From the NCBI RefSeq assembly GCF_006345805.1, contig NW_021825455.1:1-15861 (forward strand): a stretch of 15,861 bases of DNA, given 5' to 3'. Below the pieces are notes generated by a model, which was not told the DNA's origin, made no database searches, and was given only the letters and a program-made list of their open reading frames with translations. Below are positions 8,410-15,861 of the stretch, in pieces. The position numbers and the translations under genes were made by a program. This DNA comes from Octopus sinensis (taxonomy: Eukaryota). Within the stretch, counting starts at the first letter, position 1; every line of letters starts with the position of its first letter.

Positions 8410-8727
8410 AGGTTCACTTCGCAACCTTTAGATTTCAAGATCGATCCCACAGGGTGTCATCTTGGGCAAATGACATTTTCTGTAGCCTCATGTTAACTCA
8501 TACCCTTGTGAATGAAATTAGACGGAAACTGTAGAGAAGCCTGCTGGGTGGATTGCACCCGTTATTTAAAGGATACAGCTGTCTTATATATTGTCAAGCT
8601 GATTCTGTCTGGGAATTAAATTAAGGGTACATGTGTCTGAGGAATACTCAGCCACTTATACGTTTATTCAGGGTGATGTAATTCAGTAGTTCAAGCAACT
8701 GAATCTTCTTCGTCGGACGACATAGAT
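8410..8727 (+). mobile_element. Old SINE copy (family A-like head, different tail)
   Basis: tcttgggcaaat...gtagcctc...cttgtgaatg...agacggaaactg matches the other heads. Confidence 0.65.
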
Positions 8728-9193
8728 CCACCATCTTCACCACCACTGCCATCACTACCACTGGCGCCGCCGCCACCACCGCCGCCGCCGCCATCGGCTT
8801 CACCATCACTCCACCACCCTTCCCACGCTACAACCTCCACCGCCGCCGCTGCCGCCACCACCACCACCAGCACCACCACCGATTCTGCCGCCTTCAACAC
8901 CTTCACCACCACCCCTCCACCACAACCCCCCCACCTTCATAACAGCAGCCGCCACCACCACCGCCACTACCACCCCTTCACCCCTCCACCACCACCGCCA
9001 CTACCACCCCTCCACCCCTCCACCACAACTTCATAACAGCCGCCGCGACCACCACCGCGACCACCACCGCGACCACCACTGCGACCACACCGCCACCACC
9101 ACCGCCGCCGCCGCCGCCGCCACCACCACCACCGCCGCCACTCACCACCACCACCACCACCACCACCGCCGCCGCCGCCACCACTGCCACTAC
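8728..9193. repeat. C-rich (CCA/CCG)n triplet array with internal higher-order duplications
   Basis: Tandem units read directly; tag CTTCATAACAGC at 8935 and 9029. Confidence 0.95.
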
Positions 9194-9224
9194 TGTCTAC
9201 TTTAGTATTTTACCCTGGAATAAT

Positions 9225-9290
9225 TTTAACCCCAGAAAGAGGAAACGGCAAAGCTTATCTCAAGAAAGATTTGAACTGTGAACGTAAAAA
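9225..9290 (-). mobile_element. Decayed SINE family B fragment, minus strand
   Basis: accccagaaag.ggaaacggcaaag...atttgaact is the reverse complement of 9766-9815. Confidence 0.55.
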
Positions 9291-9702
9291 CACCGTAAAC
9301 ACCAAAACACCACAATGTAAATTGTTTGATGATCTACCGATTCTGTTAATTTTAACATTCATCATTTCTCTATATTTTTTTATTGTCGTTGGCATCGTGG
9401 TCGTCGTCGTCGTTGTTTGTTTTTGTTGTCTCCCCCAAATGCTGATCTTTCCATTAAATATCAACCAAACAGTTTCATATAAATATATTTTACACCCGTT
9501 TTATTTTTATTTTTCATTATTTTCTTAACTCTGCATTAAATTAGGTTTTTTTTGTTTGTTTTTAATTTTATTTTATTCTTTAGCCATTGTCTGCGTCATT
9601 TCCGCCGTTAAATGACTTCAATTATCTCCGCAGTTGACTATGTCGGAAAAAGATTTTAAATCATCATCATCATCATCATCATTGTTGTTGTTGTTGTTGT
9701 TA

Positions 9703-9905
9703 GGACGGAGAGCCGGCAGAATCGTAAGTCCGCCCGACAAAGTGCTTAGCCCTTTGCTACGTTCTGAGTTCAAATTCTGCCGAGGTCGACTTTGCCTTTC
9801 ACCCTTTCGGGGTCGATAAATTAAGTACCAGCGAAACTCTGAGGTCGATGTAATCGTCTTTTCCTCTCCCCCCAAATTTCAGACCATGTGCCCTTAGTAC
9901 GAAGG
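9703..9905 (+). mobile_element. tRNA-derived SINE family B (central domain resembles the MetaSINE type) with a (TTA)n tail
   Basis: A-box-like GGCAGAATCGTAAG; B-box GAGTTCAAATTC at 9766; central gactttgcctttcaccctttcggggtcgataaattaagtacc. Confidence 0.85.

Positions 9906-9970
<65 letters not shown>
9906..9970. repeat. (TTA)n; SINE tail and 3' flank of the R4/Dong element
   Basis: Tandem units read directly. Confidence 0.97.
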
Positions 9971-9972
<2 letters not shown>

Positions 9973-11124
9973 GTTTAGCTTTTACTTTGTGTTTGTACAA
10001 GTTGACTCCAAGTCTCACCCAGAGACCTCAAGAGACAACAAGTTAGAAGTTCAAGTTGGTGTTATGACTAGGGTGCCATATATCTGGTTTTGCACAAAGT
10101 ATTGTTCTAGAGAATGTCTGTCAAAACATAAGTAAATTAAAAGTTTGTTTTAAAAGTAATTTGATTATAAGATGATAGTCTGATGTTAAGATGACAGTAA
10201 AAGATGTTTGCTATTATGTACATTTAAAAGTATTTTAACACTCTTTACAGATTAAAATGTTTTGGGGATAACATAGACAATATTTTGCGTAGGATACGAG
10301 CAGTTCCCATGAGCACTATTTTTGAATATCTTCCACTTTTGGATTCCTTAGTATCTGAGCTAGGTAGCAATCAACCTCTTTTGCTATCATTCCTCGGGCA
10401 CCTATGACAACAGGTATTGTTTTAGTCTTGATGTTCCACATTTTGTCAATTTCTATTTCAAGATCTTTATACTTGCTCAGTTTTTGGTAAGCCTTGACAG
10501 ATACATTTATGTCGATTGGGACAATCATATCAATGAGGAGGCATGATTTTTGTCTGAAATCCTCCCATATAATGTCTGGCCTATTTGCATCTAGCTTTCT
10601 GTCAGTTTGAATGGTGAAGTTCCAGAGGGGTGAGATGTGATCATTTTCAAGCACTGGAGGGGGTTTGTGTTCCCACCAGGTTTTATCATGGGGCAGGTCC
10701 AAGTCTTTGCAAATTACCCAGTGAATATACTGTGCTGCTCTATCATGCCTGTTGAAATACTCTGTAGGTGCAAGAAGACTGCACATGGAGTCAACATGAT
10801 CGATGTTTTCATTTTATTGTTTACATACACGACATGTTGGGCCACTGCCTATTTTTAAGATGTTGGCGTGGTAACTTCTTGTAGGTAGGCATTGATCTTG
10901 ACCTGCTATGATAAACCCTTCTCTCTCTGATTTTAAGCCAGAAGACAATAACCATTGATGGGTAAGGGCTTTGTCATTATCAGCATTGTCAGTTCTCTTT
11001 GGGTATTTGCCATGGGGAGGTTTTTCTTGCCCTTTATCGGTAAGAACATCTAAGGCAGCAGTTTTAGCAATGGCTTTCATATGCTTAGATTTCCCCCTTT
11101 TTCTGTGCTCGTTTCCAGTATGTC
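9971..11124 (-). mobile_element. 5'-truncated R4/Dong-clade non-LTR retrotransposon (CCHC knuckle + PD-(D/E)xK restriction-like endonuclease + 3' UTR), pseudogenised
   Basis: ORFs 11080-10814 and 10786-10316 are in frame across one TAA: SGLKSEREGFIIAGQDQ, CRVC-x8-H-x4-C, RHD, RPDII, LIDMIVP, KLSKYKDL, IPVVIGARG. A 1-nt loss in an A-run hides the terminal IQKIVLMGTARILRKILSM. Confidence 0.93.
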
Positions 11125-11141
11125 TATTATTATTATTATTA

Positions 11142-11177
<36 letters not shown>
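11125..11177. repeat. (TTA)n at the 5' junction of the R4/Dong element
   Basis: Tandem units read directly. Confidence 0.97.
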
Positions 11178-11178
11178 C

Positions 11179-11430
11179 ATGGGGTCCATAAAATAAGTAC
11201 CAGTTGAGCACTGGGGTCGATGTAATCAAATTAGTCCCTCCCCCGAAACTGCTGGCTTTGTGCTAAAATTTGAAGCTATTATTAGGGTGGATAGTCGGTA
11301 GAATTGTCAGAGCGTCTGAAAAACTGAGTATTGTGGTAATTCTTCCAGGTGTTTAGGTTCTGAGTTCAAATCTAGCCCAGATCAATTTTTTTCCTTGTTA
11401 AAGGGTCGATAAAACAAAATACCTGCCAAG
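11179..11430 (+). mobile_element. Two tandem SINE family B fragments (11179-11284 and 11285-11430)
   Basis: ataaaataagtaccag...ggggtcgatgtaatc matches 9816-9856; second copy has B-box GAGTTCAAATC at 11362. Confidence 0.75.
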
Positions 11431-12090
11431 AACTTGAGAGGCTTATTCTGTAGAGTGTCATAGAAAGGTTGTGAAAATTTGATTTTCTTTTTTCGTCTTT
11501 CCCGTGTGTGCTGTGAAACTTGTAGAAGTTATTTTGTCGAGGCAAGGCCAAGTTGGACGCTAACTGCGAGCTAAAAAGCAATTAAATGGGAGAATGAAAT
11601 ATAATCGCTTTTTCGTGGTTGTCAAATGCTGGTTGACAAGAAGAAAGAGAGATGAAGCATTGGGAATATTAGCTTCTCCACTTGTCTAGTGTCGAGGAAA
11701 GGAGACAAGAGGATGAAAATAGCTTCTACCTCAGTTTAAATAATTAAGATGGCTTTGCTTGGCCAAAACTCCTCCTCACGTGACTATGCAGTAAAACAGA
11801 GTCGAATGAATAACAACATAAAAATTTTGAAATGCGTGTAAATTTCTAATGGTTTGCAATTATATTTACATATAAACATCATCCCCATATAGAAAATATC
11901 TATTTTCATTATTGAAAACAAATCATTATTAAATAGATAAAGACATCATAATTGTTCTTTTATACAGTCACTTAACGCGCTATATAATGTTTCTGAAAGG
12001 CAGGTTTCATTCTGTTTTTATGGCACTGTATATAATATGATTTGTAGCTGAACTTACAACATGTAGTTTGATAGTGTCAAGTATTAGTTT

Positions 12091-12148
12091 ACCTACCTAC
12101 CTACCTACCTACCTACCTACCTACCTACCTACCTACCTATCTACCTAC
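12091..12148. repeat. (CCTA)n
   Basis: Tandem units read directly. Confidence 0.95.
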
Positions 12149-12359
12149 CTTTAATTTAAAACTGAAGGATCATTCAGGATTTTAGATCGGGTATATATTT
12201 ATTAATTTTTATAAGAAAAGGTTGATAGTAACTTCGAAGTTACTGATTGCTCACCGTTATCACTGTCTGCCGTCAGCGAAGAATCAGCGGTTTCAAAGTC
12301 AATCTAAAGTTTTTCCTTGTAAAAAAATCATTATATTTATTTATGTGAGTATAAGTATA

Positions 12360-12533
12360 TATGTAATTATGTATGTATGTATTATGTATGTTGTATGTAT
12401 GTATGTATGTAATGTATGTATCATGTATGTATGTATGTATGTATGTATGTATGTATGTATGTATAGGTATGTATGTATGTATGTATGAATATGTGTATAT
12501 ATGTATATATATATATAAGAGTGTATATATATA

Positions 12534-12566
<33 letters not shown>

Positions 12567-12580
12567 CTATATATATATAT
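12360..12580. repeat. (TATG)n and (TA)n
   Basis: Tandem units read directly. Confidence 0.95.
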
Positions 12581-12592
12581 GAATAAAAAAAA

Positions 12593-12813
12593 CAGGAGTG
12601 GTTGTGTGGTAAGTATCTTGTTAACCACCACTTGGTTCCGGGTTCAGTCCCACTGCGTGGCAACTTGGTCAAGTGTCTTCTACTATAGCCTCGGGCCGAC
12701 CAAAGCCTTGTGAGTGGATTTGGTAACCGAAATGAACGAAGCCCATCGTATATATGTATATATATATATATATTATATATATATATTATATATATATATA
12801 TATTATATATGTG

Positions 12814-12853
<40 letters not shown>

Positions 12854-12926
12854 TATGTGTGTGTGTGTGTAAGTATGTATGTATGTATATGTTTGTGTGT
12901 CTGTGTTTGTTCCTCCAACATCGCCC
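12593..12926 (+). mobile_element. SINE family A: head 12593-12750, internal (TA)n/(TG)n, start of 3' half 12886-12926, then interrupted
   Basis: Best-preserved head in the window (GGTTCCGGGTTCAGTCCC); homologous to 2562-2702 and 3150-3190. Confidence 0.88.
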
Positions 12927-13251
12927 AAACTGTGGAATCCGCCCCAACCTGCTTGAAGGCTCGGAGAAACTAATTTACGTAATAACCTGCTCGGGTTGCG
13001 GACACGACTATATTGGACAAACGAGTATGACCTTTAGAAAGAGAACCACTCTACATAAAGAGCAAATCCGTTTCCCGCAATACAGACAAATTCCTCTCAG
13101 TGAACATATAGAAAAATGTGCAGATAACATCAAACCAAAATTTCACAGTCTTCCCTTTCTACTAGCGCAAAAACACAATCTTTCAACTAGAACGTTTAAA
13201 GAAACTTTTTTCATTGAAAAATGCAAAACACGTCTTCATATGCACGCATAA
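12927..13251 (+). mobile_element. Penelope-like element GIY-YIG endonuclease fragment
   Basis: LIYVITCSGCGHDYIGQT...RKRTTLH...LSEH...R..KE.FFI: GIY/YIG halves with an intervening CxxC, conserved Arg, His and Glu, at the ORF C-terminus; RT absent. Confidence 0.88.
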
Positions 13252-13344
13252 CGAACTTTTATCTTTTTACATATTTCAATTCACGATTACATCACTGTAC
13301 ATAAATCCCCTCACTAAACAAGGTTTTTGAAACTTGTCTCTGTC

Positions 13345-13394
13345 TGTACACATATATATTCCCCTCCCATATATACATTTATACATACATACAT

Positions 13395-13440
<46 letters not shown>

Positions 13441-13613
13441 GTATGTATACCTTTATATATATGTATGTCTCCCTATATAAATGCAAATATGTAATATTAT
13501 ATATATATACACATATATATATATATACATATATATATATATTTAATAACATATATATACGTGTATGTGTGTAAAAATATATATATGATTTATGTATCTA
13601 TGTATATATATAT

Positions 13614-13656
<43 letters not shown>

Positions 13657-13710
13657 TTGCATGTGTGAGTCTGAGTGAGTGTGTGTGAGTGTGTAAATAT
13701 ATGTAAATAT
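13345..13710. repeat. Degenerate (TA)n/(CA)n/(TG)n
   Basis: Tandem units read directly. Confidence 0.9.
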
Positions 13711-14196
13711 ATTCAACCAAGCTAATTTCAACCGGGCATTTCGTTCATTCAATTATGTACATCTTAAAAGATTTACTGATATTTTCTTGTTCAAGACATT
13801 GCATTATATCTATATTTAACGGTATCCTTTTCGTTTGTTTTTTTTTCTCTTCTTTGTATGAAATAATTTAGTTTAAATTACAGCTCCCGTTATATAATTC
13901 CAGTCAACTGAAGAACACAAAGAACTACAGAAAGGAATATTTTTAAGTATTGATAAATTGGATTTATAATAAAGTTTTATCATGGCGTTTGTTGAATTAT
14001 CCTGTCTGAAGATATTTCAAGCTAAGGAAGATACCTTTTATGTTGTAGTCGACTTGTTAGAAATGGTAGCTATATTTTTTTCTAATCACGTTCTACTGTC
14101 TTAAAATGCAGGGATATATTGAATAATGTAGTCCTTGATATACTGTGCCTTTGAAGACATATTATATCTAGGATACTTTATAGAGTTTTATTTTCA

Positions 14197-14603
14197 GTCT
14201 TAATTGAGAAAGAAAACAAACTATGCTGGATCATAGCTATAGCATGCCCAGCTGACAACAAGGTGTGCGATAAGGAAGAAAGAAAAGTCGATAGATATGA
14301 CAGGTTAGCTTGGGAGGTTAAGCAGTTGTGGTCGATGAAAAAGGTGGTAGTAGTACCAATAATTGTCGGAGTCCTGGAAACAGTGAGTAAAATCTTGAGA
14401 AGTAAATGAAACAAATAGGGGCTGCAATAAGAGTGGAGCACTTGCAGAAAACAACACTGCTTGGAACCGCTCGAATACTCCGGAAGGTGCTCGAAAAATA
14501 AGAGGTGTTACCTTAGTTCACTGGTAGTGAACAGCTGACACTGTAGTACATCTCCAGCGTTAGAAGCTGTGCAAAGGCAATAATAATAACAATAATAATA
14601 ATA
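14197..14603 (+). mobile_element. Second, divergent R4/Dong-clade LINE 3' end with 3' UTR and (TAA)n tail
   Basis: VLIEKENKLCWIIAIACPAD...EERKVDRYDRLAWEVKQLW...VVPIIVGVLETV, then a frameshift and in-frame stop, then HLQKTTLLGTARILRKVLEK* (stop 14499-14501); (TAA)n at 14579-14603. Confidence 0.9.
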
Positions 14604-15022
14604 AAAATGCCCTGATGCAGTACCAGACACTGGCTCTCGTGGATTCTCATCTTAACTGATTGGAAGTGTTATCATGTACATTGTTTTGTCTTTGGTATGA
14701 AAGATGGGCTACAGCAAATATTCTGCTCAATACCACAGATTTGCTTGTCAGTTGTTTGACTTTAACCAGTTGAGCATGTCCCTTAGTGGCTGAAGATATG
14801 TGCATCTCTGACCACGAGCAGAAGTAGTGGGGAGCATCATAGTCATGTATTGAGAGGAATTCTTTGAGTTTTGGGTAATTCACCTCTGAAAGCATGGGTG
14901 TTTCGTTCAACATCCTTAAACAACCCTTATTCAGTGACCTTTTGAGCGGGATAGACTTCTCGACTAGAAGAAAATTCGAACTGGCACCCACCTGTAATGT
15001 CATGCGCTGTTTATTTTGATAT
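14604..15022. mobile_element. Unclassified interspersed repeat abutting the (TAA)n
   Basis: Recalled as an abundant octopus repeat (unverified). Its end CCCTGATGCAG recurs inverted at 15169-15179 next to (TTA)n. Confidence 0.55.
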
Positions 15023-15168
15023 GGATGTTTACATTTTCGAATACCCAGGGAGAGATGAAAAGAAAAGAAAACGTGGGTAATATTTTCATAGAAAGTTGTA
15101 GATAGTGTGTGTGTGTATTAAGATTTACTAAATATGGTCTTTTGTATGTCCGCGCAGAGAGAAATTTT

Positions 15169-15178
15169 CTGCATCAGG

Positions 15179-15217
<39 letters not shown>
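15169..15217. mobile_element. 11-bp stub of the same repeat end plus (TTA)n
   Basis: CTGCATCAGGG is the exact reverse complement of 14610-14620. Confidence 0.55.
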
Positions 15218-15218
<1 letters not shown>

Positions 15219-15345
15219 GTCCAAATTCCACCGAATTTGACCTATTTTTGAGGTCGATAAAATAAGTAACAATTACTTACTGGGATTGGTCTGATGGACT
15301 CCCACTTCTCTCAAAAATTGCTGGCCCTATGCCAAAATTTGAAAC

Positions 15346-15392
<47 letters not shown>
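15218..15392 (+). mobile_element. SINE family B fragment with (TTA)n tail (15347-15392)
   Basis: gaggtcgataaaataagta and aaaattgctggccct.tgcc.aaatttgaaac match 11185-11280. Confidence 0.75.
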
Positions 15393-15394
<2 letters not shown>

Positions 15395-15631
15395 CTTCGT
15401 TCTCATTATAAAACAAGTGTATAGGAATGGCCAACATGTCTTAAAGGATTGTCGCTTTGAAGAATCTTGTAATCTAATATCTGTTTGGGGGAGCAGCAGA
15501 AAATATCTTAGACTGAAGAACAAAATCATCTCATCGCCTTGCAACGAGCAAATGAGGGAACCATATGTCAGTCACTCGACTTGCTAGAAATAACTGTTGA
15601 AACTCCACAGAATCACACCTCTACTGCTGTC

Positions 15632-15760
15632 TTAACCCTTTTGATACCAACTCGCCCAAGACTGACTCTGGTTCTGTTTTGAAGTGATCTAAAGTAAAAC
15701 CTTCCAACAAAATTTCTGTTCCAAACACCAGCTTAATAACGACATTTTCTGTTGAAGCTC
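15632..15760 (+). mobile_element. piggyBac-like MITE left end
   Basis: TTAA (15632-15635) then CCCT, the canonical piggyBac target and terminus; body matches 1436-1549; right end not seen. Confidence 0.6.
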
Positions 15761-15861
15761 GGTCTATTTTCTATTGCGTGTGACCTCTGTAATCTCTCTG
15801 ACTGGTGTGTCTGTTCTATGTGTCGATAAGATCCTGACATCTATATTATCTATCGAGCCCC

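Noticed and set aside
8691-9190. Gly/Val/Ala-rich minus-strand ORFs and Pro/Thr-rich plus-strand frames
   Set aside because: Products of the CCA/CCG array; no splice or start context.
9703-9780. tRNA gene
   Set aside because: A/B-box remnants only, no cloverleaf, and it continues into the SINE body. The same holds for the other SINE heads.
11619-11784. TTGTCAA/TTGACAA hairpin and TCACGTGAC E-box
   Set aside because: Short motifs expected by chance in 16 kb, with no supporting context.
13880-14105. Possible exon after TTACAG/TTCCAG acceptors (STEEHKELQKGIF..., MAFVELSCLK...)
   Set aside because: Frames are short and stop-bounded, the donor is weak, and nothing is recognisable.
14647-15003. 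118-aa minus-strand ORF as a host gene
   Set aside because: It lies wholly within an interspersed repeat and has no domain motif.
1-15861. CRISPR array, rRNA or prokaryotic operon
   Set aside because: No regularly spaced repeat-spacer units and no rRNA-like sequence; the window is eukaryotic repeat DNA.

Overview
AT-rich, microsatellite-dense animal genomic DNA. The repeat families look like those of Octopus (cephalopod); this is from recall and was not searched. No intact host gene, RNA gene or CRISPR array is supported. Most of the window is nested mobile-element debris: about 5 heads of a CORE-like tRNA-SINE, about 6 copies of a second tRNA-SINE with (TTA)n tails, a CR1/L2-group LINE 3' end, two distinct R4/Dong-clade (CCHC + restriction-like endonuclease) LINE 3' ends tied to (TAA)n repeats, a Penelope-like GIY-YIG fragment, a non-autonomous Helitron, and hAT-, Tigger- and piggyBac-like ends. 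The least explained part is 990-2560. It holds an intronless orphan 180-codon frame (1725-2267) broken by one TGA that aligns with a GGA codon in its own 45-nt duplication. This frame is followed by an LTR-like, hairpin-rich segment and preceded by a possible divergent gene start. Most long ORFs in the supplied track are microsatellite artefacts.
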